Shown in pieces: positions 1 to 12,715 of a stretch of DNA of 64,000 nt. The first letter of the stretch is position 1; each line of letters opens with the position of its first letter. Source of the DNA: Chiloscyllium plagiosum (lineage: Eukaryota); the NCBI RefSeq assembly GCF_004010195.1, contig NC_057717.1:103674631-103738630 (forward strand), written 5' to 3'. The notes under the pieces were generated by a model. It saw only the letters and a list, made by a program, of their open reading frames with translations, had not been told where the DNA came from and made no database searches. The translations under genes and the position numbers were made by a program.

Positions 1-1373
1 AGAGATGGGCTAATCCAGGAGAGGCAGTGCGGATTTGTTCAGGGAAGGTCATGTTTGACAAATTTGATGGAACGTTTGAGGATGTTTTGATGAGGGGACG
101 TAAGTTGATGTGGTCTACGTGGAATGGTTTTGATAAGGTCACTAATAGGACACTGGTGAAGACCAGGGGATCTAAGGCAAAGTATTCCCTACGGTGCTCA
201 ACTCTGTAAAGGTATCAAGCGCACTAATAGATGCCACATCCTCCTTCTGTAACGAACGTACCAACACCATTCCTTAAGTCTTGGCTTCAATGTGCATGAG
301 CTGCTCCCTTGCCTCTATGGAGCATTTCCTCGATCATTTGTAAATTGACAACATTTCTCTAAGGGCTGTGAGACAATAGGAAGGTGAGGAAAGGAGGACA
401 GGAAAGGATTTGAACATTTTGAAAGTGAGGACTTGGTGAACCGTTCCAGACTGAGTGTCGAGGGGAGTCTGACCGGCTGGGAGAGGAACCATTGGCAGTA
501 ATTACCCGGATTTCTCCCAGAGAAGGAGGAATGGTGATCCCACTTGCCTGCCCTGACCCTATTAACACCAAACCTACCTTATGGCGCTCCCACCGGATTG
601 AGAGGCCATGGAATCAGGCGGTTCAATCCAACAGAGGCAGCTCTGAACGGACCACATGTGGAGAAACAGATGGCACTGCAGCTAATTCTGGTCTGATCTC
701 CCGCCCAATGTTACTTGAGGCAGTACAGCCACATTGAACTGAGGGCAAACTCAGTTCACTCAAACCTCTGAGGTTTTCATTCCCAGGGTGACTAATGCTA
801 ACATTATCTGCATGGATTCTCTCAACATGCGTCACTCTAACTAGCTGCGTCTCTCCGGATTCCTTGTTAACCAGCCAAGGTTTTTTTTTTATTCATTCAC
901 GGGATGAGGGTGTCACTGGCTGGACATCTCTAATTGCCCAGAGGGCAGCCATGAGCGAGTTCTGCATTGATTAAGTTCAGAAATAGCCCCAGCAGGGAAG
1001 GTGATGTCTATAACTGTGAGCACTGTCAGGCTATTTATTGTATTATTTCTGGGATATTGACATTGCTGTCATGGGTAACATTTGTTACCTATCACTATAT
1101 ACACTTAGCGTGGGCTATTAAATGTCAAACCCTTTGCTGTGGGTCTGGAGTCACATGAAGGCCAGACCAGGTAAGGATGGCAGATTTCCTTCCTTGAAGG
1201 GCATTAGTGAACCAGATGGGATTTTACCAACAATGGATTCATGTTCATCACTAAATTCTTGATTCCAGATTTTATTTTTATTGAATTTAAATTCCACCCT
1301 CTGCCACAGCAGGATTCAAACCCAAGTCCTCAGAATGTTACCTGGTTCTCTGGATAAACAGAGTCGAGAGTGA

Positions 1374-1696
1374 TGCGGTACGGTGGCTCAGTGGTTAGCA
1401 CTGCTGCCTCACAGCACCAGAGACCCGGGTTCAATTCCCACCTCAGGCGACTGACTGTGTGGAGTTTGCACGTTCTCCCCGTGTCTGAGTGGGTTTCCTC
1501 CGGGTGCTCCGGTTTCCTCCCACAGTCCAAAGATGTGCAGGTTAGGTGAATTGGCCATGATAAATTGCCCGTAGTGTTAGGGGCAGGGGTAAGTGTAGGG
1601 GAATGGATCTGGGTGGGTTGTGCTTTGGAGGGTCGGTGTGGACTTGCTGGGCCAAAGGGCATGTTTCCACACTGTAAGTAATCTAAAAAAATCTAA
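1374..1696 (+). mobile_element. HE1-type tRNA-derived V-SINE, full length
   Basis: A box GGTGGCTCAGTGGTTAGC, B box GGTTCAATTCC, V-domain TGTGGAGTTTGCACGTTCTCCCCGTG, CR1-like tail ending in AATCTA repeats. Confidence 0.9.
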
Positions 1697-1890
1697 GTGT
1701 GGTGCTGGAAAAGCACAGCAGGGTCAGGCAGCATCCGCGGAGCAGGAGAATCGACGTTTCAGGCATAAGCCCTTCATCAGGAACTGAAACGTCAATCCTC
1801 CTGCTCCTCGGCATGCTGCCTGACCCTGCTGTGCTTTTCCAGCACCACACTCTCGACTCTGGTCTCCCGCCCCTGCAGTGTTCACTTGCT
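1697..1890. mobile_element. Penelope-derived palindromic element with a hammerhead motif (-, 1749-1784)
   Basis: Arms GTGGTGCTGGAAAAGCACAGCAGGGTCAGGCAGCATC and GCTGCCTGACCCTGCTGTGCTTTTCCAGCACCAC are inverted copies of each other. Confidence 0.75.
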
Positions 1891-2639
1891 TCCCTCTAGA
1901 TTAACAGTCCAGTGATAATACCGCTAGACCGTCACCTCCCCTTCTTACTGCCTGCTCTCACTTTACAAGTATTGCTGGATTCTTAATGGGTGATATTCTG
2001 TCCTTGTTCACACTGGGAGTCCCAAAGCTGGCTAATAGGAGGAAGTGGGAGCTCCGTATGACTTGCTAATGCACCCGCCTCAGTTATTTATTGTGGCAAC
2101 AGTGTCTGCCCAATATTTTAAAACAGGCATCCAAACAATGAGGAAGTGCTGTCCAAAATATTGAGCCAGATCCAGATTAGTCCAGTCCAAAGGTCTTACG
2201 AAGGACATCAGTAAATAATGGCCTGTTTCTCAATCTCTTGATTCCAACAACTCTGATGCTGCTAAGGGAGAGAGGGAGAAAGAGTGAGAGACGTGTGAAC
2301 AGAGCGAGAGGGATGAATGAGGTGAGAGGAACTAGGAACAGGAGGAGGCCATTCAGCCCTTTAAGACTGATGTACTGTTCAATAGGAACATGGCTGATTC
2401 TCTAGCTTAACTCCAAGTTCCTGTTTTCACTGCATGCCCCTTGATGACTTTAAAACTGATCTCTCTCTTTCTTGAATACACCTGATCTCCTTTCAGGTTA
2501 GCGAATTCCACATGTTCACCATCCTCTGAGGGGAGAAATCGTTCCTAAATGGCCCATATGCTGAGACTGTGGCCCCTGGGTCTAAACTCTCCAAGCACAG
2601 GACACATCCTCCCCGCATTTAGTCTGTCCCGCCTGTCAG

Positions 2640-3045
2640 AGTGGATAAATTGTGGTGCTGGAAAAACACAGCAGGGCAAGCAGCATCTGAGGAGCAGGGG
2701 GGAGACGGCATTTCACATCTGAACCTTGCGTTAGGGCTGGGGAGGGGGAAAAGGGGGCTGAGAAATAAATCAAGGGTGTGTGGGCAAGGGGGAAGAAGTA
2801 GGGGGATGGCGATAGGTGTTTGCAATCACAATAACGCCCTACCTGCATCCCCCTATTGCCATCCCACCTACCTTATCCCTAGCCCCATTTATTTCTCAGC
2901 CCCCTTCCCCCTCCCCCAGTCCTAATGAAGTGTCCTGACCTGAAATATCGACTCCCCCTGCCGCTCTGATGCTGCCTGACCTGCTGTGCTTTTCCAGCTC
3001 CACACTTTATCCACGCTGACTCTCCAGCATCTGCACTCCTCACTA
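2640..3045. mobile_element. Longer Penelope-derived inverted-repeat element, degenerate hammerhead
   Basis: ~200-bp inverted arms from the same family; AGTC-CTAATGA...GAAATATC-GACT at ~2918-2953. Confidence 0.65.
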
Positions 3046-3960
3046 TGTGACATATCAAAGTTTGCAGATGACACAAAGCTACGTGGATGGGTGAGCAGTT
3101 TGCAGAGACGTTGCAGTGTGGTTTAGACAGGCTGAGTGAGTGAGCACGTGCGTGGCAGGTCCGATATAATGTGGATAAGTGTGAGGTTAACCCCACTGGT
3201 GGCAAAAGTAGGAAGACAGGTCAATGTTTGAGTGGCTGTAAATGGGGAGGGGGGAATGACCAATGCGAGCTGGGAGTCCTCATGCTCCAGTCACTGCGAG
3301 TAAACACAGCACGCAGTAAAGAAGGAAGTCAGTATGTCGTCCTTCACAGTGAGAGAACTCGAGTAGAGGGGCAGGGATTTGCACTGCACTTGTACAGGAC
3401 CTTGGTGAGGCCACACCTGGAGCATCATGTGGGGTTTTGGGCTCCTTATCAAAGGAAGGGTATTCTTGTTTCAGAGGGATTGCAGCGAGGGGCTTACCAA
3501 ATTAATTCCTGGGACGGCAGGACTGATACACGAGGAGAGATTGAGTCAGTGAGAATTGGATTCACTCGAGTTTAGGAGAATGAGGGGAGATTTCATAGAA
3601 AGCTAAAAAAACTTCTAACAGGACAAGACAGGTTCGATGGAGGAAGAATGATCCCAATGGTGGGGAGTGCAGGATCAGGGGTCAGAGTTTAAGGATATGG
3701 TGTAGATCATTTAGGACTGTGCTGAGGAGAAATGTCTCCACCCAGAGAGTGGGGAGTCCGTAGGATGCAGTCCCACAGAAAGTGGTCAAGACCAAAACAT
3801 GCTGTGTTTGTAAGAAGGAATTAGATATAGCTCTTGTGGCGAAAGGGATCATGGGATTTGGGGAAGGGTGGGATTAGGGTATTGAGGTCAATGATCAGCT
3901 GTGATCATATTGATTGGTGGAACAGACACAAGGGACCTCTTCCTGCTCTCGTCGTCTAGG
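3045..3960 (+). mobile_element. CR1 LINE 3' fragment (degenerate RT C-terminus)
   Basis: KFADDTK, LYRTLVRPHLEH and FWAPY motifs, with frameshifts. Confidence 0.85.
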
Positions 3961-5619
3961 TTTCAGTCACTGAAATCAATGGAAGGAGAACCAGAGTGAG
4001 AGACAGAGGAATAGAAAGGAGGAAGAAAAGGGCAAGAGGGGGGGTACAGAGGAAGGGATGGAGAGACAGTGAGGGAGAGAATAAGTGAGGAGGAGACGGC
4101 ATCTAAGAAATCGTTTGAGTGAATCGCAGGTGCAAATGTAACCTTTGATGGTATGGCACATCAGGCACTATTGAGACACAACTGCAAAACAGTCAGGTCT
4201 GAGATTTAAACATACCCAGACCTAAATTCCCCAGGAAAGGAACAGAAATAATGGAGGGTACAGAGTAGCATTGGAACATCGGAAGAGGAGTAGGCCTTTC
4301 GGCCCCTCGAGCCTGTTCTGCCAATTGATGAGCTCATGGCTGATCTGTGCGGGATCTCCATATAGCTGCCTTTGGCCCATATCCCTTTATATCTTTGTTG
4401 AACAAAAAAAGATTATCGACCACAGATTTAAAATTAACAATGAATCCAGCATCCACTGCCGCTTGTGGAACCTCTCGTACCTTTCGTGCGGAGAAGTGTT
4501 TCCTAACATCTCTCCTGAACGGTCTGATTCTCAGGCTATCCCCCCAACCCCCTTATCTTGTAGACTTTGGCCAAATGACTCCTCAATCTTCTAAATTCTG
4601 AAGAATACACGCCTAATTTGCATAACAAAAACAGCAATTGCTGGAAAAACTCAACAGATCTGGCAGCACGTAAGGGTGGTAGAGAGAGAGGACATTTAAG
4701 AAGTATTTAGATAAACATTTGGATTGCTGTAGAATACAAGGCTTAGGGTCAAGTGTTGGGAAGTGGGATTAGAGTAGATTGGTGCTCGATATCTGACAAT
4801 GGACACAATGGGCTGTAATACTCTAGGACTCTACAATGAAATTCAAACCAGATCATACAAAAAAATGTTGCACAGGTTCTCACTACAGTGAGCAATTTGA
4901 AGAATAGATGAAAGAAAGAAATTTGTAAAAAGGATTACGTAAAACAAGTTCCGGAGGAATATTAAACCGAAATAATTTTTTTTTACAATGGCCTTACAGA
5001 AAACGGAAAGTCAGGAGCAGTGTGAACTGGTAATGATGGTATTACTGACGAAAATAAGGAACCAGTGGCTGTCTTGAGCAGTTACTCTGGGTTAGTATTT
5101 ACGATAGAGGAAGAGGTCAGAGAGCTGGAAACTAATATTCAGTCAGAGGAACTCACCAAAATTAACACAAGCAAACTGAAAGTGTAAGAAGCATAGAATG
5201 ACACTTTACAGAGACAAATCCTCAGGACCAGATGGTTTCGACACTAGGATTGTAAAGGAAATTGGCAGAATATAACAGAGGCTCTATTTATAATCTTCCA
5301 AATCTTCCTGTGGTTTCAAATCTCTTCAGAAAGTTGTGTGTGTCTTGCCAGTACTTGAGACACATGAGAGAGGGAATATCTGTTGTTGGGAAATGTCAGA
5401 ATTCACAATGAAGGGTGAAGTGGCACAATACATTATTATTTTAGGCTCATTAGAGACTGCAGTGGTTTTGAAAGAGTTGGTCAAGCCTGTTCAATCTGAT
5501 TGAATCTTTTGAAAATATTGTTATTATGTCAATTGTATTGATTGTGAGAAGATTTGTAGCTTGGGAGCTCGTTCCCAGCTCGGCAAACAGAACCACAACA
5601 TTGATTGTAAGATCAAAGC

Positions 5620-5825
5620 CCAAAGATGTGCAAGTTAGGTGGATGGGTCATGCTAAATTGCCCACAGTGTTCAGGGATGTGTAGGTAAGGTGCATTAGCC
5701 ACTGCAACTGCAAGATTTCAGGGATAGCGTAGGGGGATGAGTCTGGTGGGATACTCTTAGTGGGTCTGTGTGGATTTGTTGGGTCGAGTGGCCTGCTTCC
5801 ACACTGTAGAGATTCTATGATTCTG
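5620..5825 (+). mobile_element. HE1-type SINE, 5'-truncated
   Basis: CCAAAGATGTGCAAGTTAGG...GGCCTGCTTCCACACTGTAG. Confidence 0.8.
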
Positions 5826-6089
5826 TGATAAACTGGTCGAGGATATGTACAACACCGAAACTGGACTCAGTGGGCCAAAAGGCCGAATTCTGCTTCTACG
5901 TCTGATAGTCTTATGGGCACTCTAGTGCCATGGTGACAATGCCCCTACCTCTGAACCAAAGTGTCTGGGTTCAATTCCCATCTGTCCTGGAGGCATATTA
6001 TAATACGTGTGAACAGGTTAACAAAAACTATATGTGTATGCATAAAATGACACTTATTGACATTTACTTATTTTGTATTATAAGGTGTA

Positions 6090-6730
6090 AAAAGACCATA
6101 AGACCAGAGGAGCAGATACAGATCATTCAGCCCATCGGGTCTACCCTGCCATTTGATCATGGCTGAGATGCTTCTCAACCCCATTCTCCTGCCATTTCCC
6201 CATAATCCCGATCCCCATACTGATCAAGAAACTATCTGCCTCTGTCTTAAAGACACTCAATGACTTGGCCTCCACAGCTATCTGTGGCAATGAGTTCCCC
6301 AGAATCTCCCCACTCTGGCTGATGAAATGCCCCCTCCTCTCAGTTCTAAAGGGTCACCCCTTCACCCTGAGGCTGTGCCCTTGGGTCCTAGTCTCTCCCA
6401 CTGGTGGGAACATCTTCTCCACGTCCACACTATCCTCTCAAATGCCCCCTCCTCTCAGTTCTAAAGGGTCACCCCTTCACCCTGAGGCTGTGCCCTTGGG
6501 TCCTAGTCTCTCCCACTGGGTGGGAACATCTTCTCCACGTCCACACTATCCTCTCAGGATTCTGTACATTTCAATGAGATCCCCCCCCCCCCCCACCCTT
6601 CTAAACTCCATCGAGTACAGACCCAGACTCCTCAACCGCTCTTCATATGACAAGCCCATCATCCCCGGGATCACTCTTGCAAACCTCTTTTGGACCCCCT
6701 CCAAGGCCAGCACATCCTTCCTTAGATACG
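6090..6730 (-). mobile_element. CR1 LINE 3' fragment with an internal ~115-bp tandem duplication
   Basis: CR1 tail in reverse; 6325-6439 is repeated at 6440-6556. Confidence 0.8.
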
Positions 6731-7271
6731 TTAAATTAGTTAATTAGATTTATGAAGGGTTCTTAAATAGGGAATACAAAGGTGAGGGCTCCTGTGGTGC
6801 GGTGATAATGTTCCTGCCTCTGGACTAGGAAGATTTGGTTCAAATCCAAACAGCTCTGGAGATGTGTCGTAACATCTTTGAACAGGATGAATGAGGAAAA
6901 AGCTACAGGCCTGAGGTAATGCCTCTGAATAGCAGGACAGACTCAAGGGGAGGACATTATCTACATGAGAAGCTATTTGGTTTGGTCTCAAGTTCTGGAC
7001 ATCCCCGTTGTCATTCCCTCCAGGATTCAGATCCACTCTGCTCCCAACATGTGCCGTAACTGTCCTGAACACGTTAATCAAAAATATCTGAAAAGGGAAT
7101 CTGCCCCACAGGTCAGGAAGTTTGTGCCATTTCCCTTTCATTGGCGTGGAGGAGTTCTGTGGATGGGCTCCTCTACTTCCTGACTAATGCCCACCCCCAT
7201 CCGCATAATGTCAGTGTCGTGTTTGACCTCCTGGCGGTGAAGATCCCCAGCAGGAGGCGCTCCGTAAGGGA

Positions 7272-7850
7272 AAAACTAAGTAACAACAATGACTGCAGAT
7301 GCTGGAAACCAGAGTCTAGATTAGAGTGGTGCTGGAAAAGCACAACAGGTCAGGCAGCATCCGAGGAGCAGGAAAATCAATGTTTCGGGCTCTATTCCTG
7401 ATGAAGGGCTTTTGCCTGAAACGTCGATTTTCCTGGTCCTCGGATGCTGCCTGACCTGCTGTGCTTTTCCAGCACTACTCTAATCTAGACTCTGGTTTCT
7501 AGCATCTGCAGTCATTGTTTTTACCTCTTTGATTTTAACCCTACTGCGAATCCTCTTGCAAGGATGCCTGCCTTGAAGAAGTTCTCCTCCTCTCTCTACA
7601 AGAATCTCAGTGAGTCTCTCTCTCACTGCAACCCTCAGGTCACCTCCTCTGCCCTGAAGCTCTTCAACCATGTCCTGAAACAGACTCGCTCCACAGCCAC
7701 ATTTGCTTCCTCAGTGCCTGCCTCCATAACCAACTCATTCCACAGGAACTCTGGACCACCTTTAAACCAGCAGAGTTCGGAACCGAACAGGACAAACAGT
7801 ACAGACTACAGGTTCAAAAACACCAGCAACGGTTCTCCTTCAAGCTCCTT
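7272..7850 (+). mobile_element. Truncated Penelope-like retroelement: inverted terminal palindrome plus ORF N-terminus, flanked by a 14-bp target-site duplication
   Basis: Near-perfect inverted repeat at ~7285-7519 with a hammerhead core. It is followed by MPALKKFSSSLYKNL...KQTR and, after a frameshift, FLSACLHNQLIPQEL (FLxxCxxxxLIPxG-type PLE N-terminal motif). CGCTCCGTAAGGGA occurs at 7258-7271 and 7851-7864. Confidence 0.75.
7394..7429 (+). ncRNA. Minimal hammerhead ribozyme motif (Penelope-derived)
   Basis: ATTC-CTGATGA-A-GGGC-TTTT-GCCT-GAAAC-GTC-GATT. Confidence 0.6.
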
Positions 7851-8483
7851 CGCTCCGTAAGGGAGTCCACCCTCTGGCCATTCGAGATCCTGGATGCACA
7901 GAGGGGCCATGCAACAGCAAGTTTGCCCGACGCCTGGTCACAAGTAGTTTATGTTGCCTGGAGGGAACAGTTCCACATGTCCATTCGGGGTGGTTTTGCT
8001 TGCCGCTATTGTGTGTGTTGGAGGGAGCTGCCTTTAAACTGTTGATCGCATTTGTGCCCCAAGCTGCCAATCCAGGGGGGCACCCCATTACAGAAGGTAG
8101 CGGGCAAAGCAGAGGACTTATGTTGTGGGCCTGGCCAAAGTGATTATCAGTAGATCCAGGCAGCAAGCTGCAGAAAGGCACTTAGATCTACACATGGGTG
8201 TCCTTTGAGAGGGAGCACTGGGTATAGTCCAGGCCTTTTGTGATCAGTGGGAAATGCAGGAGCTAGTGGATATCATTACCCCATAGGAATGATACCTCAA
8301 TTCAAACTTGATACGTTTCAGTTGCTGTTCGGTAAATTTCCATTGACACTTTCACCTTTCACTGTAGGAGGCTGGATAAACTGGTTACTTATCTAAAACA
8401 GTAGAAAATGAATTATTATGAAAAGGGACTGTTAGAACACTGCGCTGGTGGCAGGTAGGAAGCAAGCAGGAATATGGTGCTCT

Positions 8484-8765
8484 ATTAGATTAGATTCCCT
8501 ACAGTGCGGAAGCAGGCCCTTCGGCCCAACAAGTCCACACCGACCCTCCAAAGAGTAACCCACCCAGACCCATTTGCCTCTGACTAATGCAGCTAACACT
8601 ATGGGCAGTTTAGCATGGCCATTTCGCCTGACCTGCACATCTTTGGACTGTGGGAGGAAACCCACGCAGACACGGGGAGAATGTGCAAACTCCACACAGA
8701 CAGTCGCCCGAGGCTGGAATTGAACCTGGGACCCTGGTGCTGTGAGGCAGCTGTGCCACCCACTG
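8484..8765 (-). mobile_element. HE1-type SINE
   Basis: Reverse complement of the 1374-1696 element. Confidence 0.88.
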
Positions 8766-8882
8766 CAAATAAAGCTAGAATTAAGACAAGGATCTATGCC
8801 CATTACTCTAACTTTGTCGTCTAACTAGTATCAATTCAGCATTAATGTAAGTAGTCAATGGGGGATGTCTATCAATCTGATT

Positions 8883-9412
8883 TACCATATATACTCGTAT
8901 AAAAGCCAAACTTTTTAGACTTTTTTTAAGGTTAAATTTATGGGGTCAGCTATTACATGGATGCTATTTTTGAGGGGCTGGAATTTATGTTACCATCCAA
9001 AATACCCTATTGTTAGCAGAATCCCAATTAATCTTGAAACGAATAAAGAAAACACAACAAATTATGGTAATATGACAATAATCCAGGAGGGGCTACAGGG
9101 GAACTGAGCTCAGCTGAGCTGCACACAAAGGGAGGTTGTCACCTGACTCTGACCTGATGAGTCTTAAACTTTTTTGCCAACTTGGCGTTAATTATACATC
9201 CAAACACATAATAGCATGAACAGAAAAATTCATGTCCTCATTGTTATATTTATGTACAGGATTATACCTTGACTCACCAATGTAGATCTGTTATCTGTGA
9301 AGAACTAGGGTCAACTTTTACATGAGATATATGGAAAATTCCAAATTTTTTTGGCCAAAATTAGAGGGTCGACTTTGCTATGAGATCGATTTGTGCTTGG
9401 GTTTATACAGTA
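8883..9412. mobile_element. Tc1/mariner-pogo-type MITE
   Basis: Degenerate terminal inverted repeats TACCATATATACTCG ... CTTGGGTTTATACAGTA, with TA at both ends. Confidence 0.55.
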
Positions 9413-11259
9413 TATGGCTTTTCAATAGGCATTTAATTAATGTCCACCATCGACAAGGCACAAGTCAGGAGGGTGATGGAATACTCCCCACTTGCCCTGG
9501 ATGGGTGCAACTCCAACAACACTCAAGAAGCTAGACATCGTTCAGGACAAAGCAGCCCGCTTGATTGGCAGCACACCCACAAGCACTCACTCCTTCCCTT
9601 ACAAATGCACAGTTGCAGCAGTGTGCATCATCTACAAAGTGCAGGAGTTCACTAAGATGGCTGCATCAGTGTTTCAAACTTATAACCGCGATCACTTAGA
9701 AGGACATCAGCAGTGATAGCTCCTGGATTTATTCATTAAATGGTCAATGAATTGGTTGCATGATGGGGTTGGATCGTACAGTACCAGAAAATGACGCTGA
9801 CACCACCATCTCCCCACGCCACGACCTCTAGAAGGACAAGGGCAACAGCTACATGAGAACCTCACTGCAGCAGCCTCCTGACTGCTAGGGTGATAGATAG
9901 ATTGCTAACTTGGCCAAAGACAGTAAGGGATGCTGGGTACATTGGCCAAGTATTTCTCTGAAGTCACAGCACCCACAATGCAAACACAACATCCATTAGC
10001 ATAATGTAAAAGGAAACGGTTATCCTGGACAGCACGTCCCCAAACAACTTATCCACACGGACAGAAAGTCACCAGGTGCTGCTCCACAAGGGAAACAAGC
10101 AGGAACAAGCCATCCAAATAACTGACAATGTTTCAAACAATTAAGTGTGTTTCCCTGATTGGCCAGAACTAGAGAACGTTCCAGAAAACCCTTCACCTGC
10201 AGACCAATGGTTTTTGGATCTTCTGTAGGCCTTCCAAAGGGACCAGCATGGCAATAGACACAGACCAGCTGACCAACTGGAGAGAGAGAAAGCAGCTTTG
10301 CAGACCCACAGACAAAGCCAGGGAGAGAAAACGGGGGTTGAATAGGATTAGAGCTTGTATTGTTTAGTATTAAAGGTTATTGTAGCTTGTTTCCTAATAA
10401 AGTTGGGGCTGTTTGCATTAGCTGTGCTCACAGTGGTTTGGCTGTTCCGGTGTTGTGGGGCACCCGGGCAAGTTCATTCATAACATCCAGGTCGGAGTTG
10501 TCTAACTTGTTTTAAGGAGGAACGACTCTACACCACCCCCTGCAAGTTCCCCTCCAAACCACTCACCACCCTGACTTGGAAATATATCGCCGTAACTTCA
10601 CTGGGATAAAATACAGGAACCCCGCACACTACCCCCCCCCCCACCCCGCCTCACAGCATTGTGGGTCTACCTAGACTCCATGACTGAAGTTGTTCAAGAA
10701 GGACAGCTCTCCAGATCTGGCATTAGTCTCTCTCTCCCCAAGGCCAGTGTGTCCTTCCTTAGAATAGCCATTCACAGTATTCCCACTGTGGTCTTACCAG
10801 TTCAGCCTGAGCAAAACCTCCCAACGTTTTTTTTACTCCATTCCCTTTGAATATTTGAAACAAAACAGTGATATTTGAGGTGGTCCCCATTGCTGAGCTG
10901 TGTAATTAAATGTGAAGATTTAAATTGAATTAATGAGATTGAATTCCACCAGCAACCTGCACGGGATTTGAACAACTGACCCAAAGCACCCTAACTGAGT
11001 GACATCACCACGACCCCACTGTTAATCTTAAATCTGATATTGGCCTTTCCTTTTGTTATCTTCAAGTGTGAATAATATGAACCAAAAACAGAATTGTTTG
11101 GAGCTCAGGCACAGGTCATTGATTTGAGGAATACTTTGACAGACTCAAGGGGCTGAATGGACTCCTCCCGTCCCTATGTTGCTGCAGTGAGTGTACGAGA
11201 CAGGCATTAGAGGACGTGACTGACTAGACGGGATACTAGCCACTGTGGAGTTATCGCAA

Positions 11260-11575
11260 AATCTATTCCCCAGAGTCCAGAAACTGGAGAGACTTAGGTT
11301 TAGGTTGAGAGGGGAAAGATTTAAAAGGGATCTGAGAGGCAATTTTTTTATGCAAAGGGTGGTACGTGTATGGAATGTGCTGCCAGAGGAAGTGGTGGAG
11401 GATGGTACAATTGCAACATTTGAAAGGTAGCTGAGTGGGTATATGAATAGGAAGGGTTTGGAGGGAAATGGGCCAGATGCTGACAAATGGGACTAGATTA
11501 ATGTAGGATATCTGGAGGGCGTGGACAAGTTGGACCGAAGGGTCTGTTTCCATGCTGTACATCTCTATGGCTATA
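11260..11575 (+). mobile_element. CR1 (HER1-like) LINE 3' end
   Basis: FRLRGERFKRDLRGNFFMQRVVRVWNVLPEEVV followed by the 3' UTR. Confidence 0.88.
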
Positions 11576-12294
11576 AGTCACCCTTTCATTTTGTGGATTC
11601 TGACCAGCTAGTTCAGAACCGGATCTCAGAGTGAACAGATCCTCTGACACTCCTGTTTATATCTGTCAGCCAGGGCTCCCCGATTGGACCCGGGTAACAG
11701 CCCCCAAGTCAGGCAACTCCTATTGCATGAGGTCGAACTGGCTGAACCCGTTCCAATCCCGACAGTGACCTAGTGAAGCAGGGCTGGGAGACCTGGGTGA
11801 GTCACTCCAAGTGCAGCATCTTAAAGCAAAACCTGTGAACGAAACCTCAGGGGAGTCACAAGCAGAGGCTGAAAGGCCAACCACGGGTGACTGAGATCAA
11901 GTGAAATGAAGCAAACACACTCTACAGTTTAAAAACCAACTCCACCCGATGGACAGGTCACAACACAACTGGCCTGGACTCAACGGGTAGACTGAAGAGG
12001 TGGCTTCCGGTGCCAATACTGTGGCAGTGACAGTAGTTTATCCCAAGATTCCATCAGACTTTCTCTGTTTGTGTACCGTATAAACTATGTCAACTGCCAC
12101 TTCCTACAGTGCAAACGTGCAGCCCCAATGCAGGGGGAAGTCCATAACTAGCATTTGTTAATCAGTTCCCTGTGCCTATGCAAATCCCGCCACTGAAAAT
12201 GCCTGAAAGGGATTGTTGTTGAGTAGTTTGTATGTGCTTGTGAATTGACTGTAATCATTACTATCCACTGTATTTGCCTGTCAGTTCACCTACC

Positions 12295-12715
12295 TATACA
12301 GCAGGGAAACAGACCCTGTAGTCCAGCCAGTCCGTGTCAAACATAATCCCAAACTAAACCAGTCCCACCTGCCTGCTCCTGGCCCATATCCCTCCAAACC
12401 TTTCCTGTTCATGAACTTATCCAAATGGCTTTTAAACGTCGTTACTGTACCCACATCCACCACTTCCTCAGGAAGGTCATTCCACACGTGAGCCACCCTC
12501 TGTGTAATATATTTGCTCCTCATGTTTCTTTTAAATCTCTCTCCTCTCACCTTAAAAATGTGCTCCCTTTGTCTTGAAATCCCTCATCCTTGGGAAAATA
12601 CCATTAACATTAACCCTATCTATACCCCTGATTATTTTATAAACCTCTATAAGGTCGCCTCTCAACCTCCTACATTCCAGTGAAAATAGTCCCAGCCTCT
12701 CCAGCCTCTCTTTCT
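12295..12715 (-). mobile_element. CR1 LINE 3' end
   Basis: RGERFKRNMRSKYITQRVAHVWNDLPEEVV. Confidence 0.88.

Larger units (their letters stand above)
6990..8260 (+). mobile_element. Degraded Tx1/L1-like LINE 3' region, interrupted by the Penelope insertion
   Basis: Fragments resembling Tx1 C-terminal motifs (VGLAKVIISRSRQQAA, FEREH, FCDQW); many frameshifts. Confidence 0.45.

Noticed and set aside
1374..1445. tRNA-like sequences with A and B boxes (many copies)
   Set aside because: They are SINE heads followed by V-domain and LINE-like tails, not tRNA genes.
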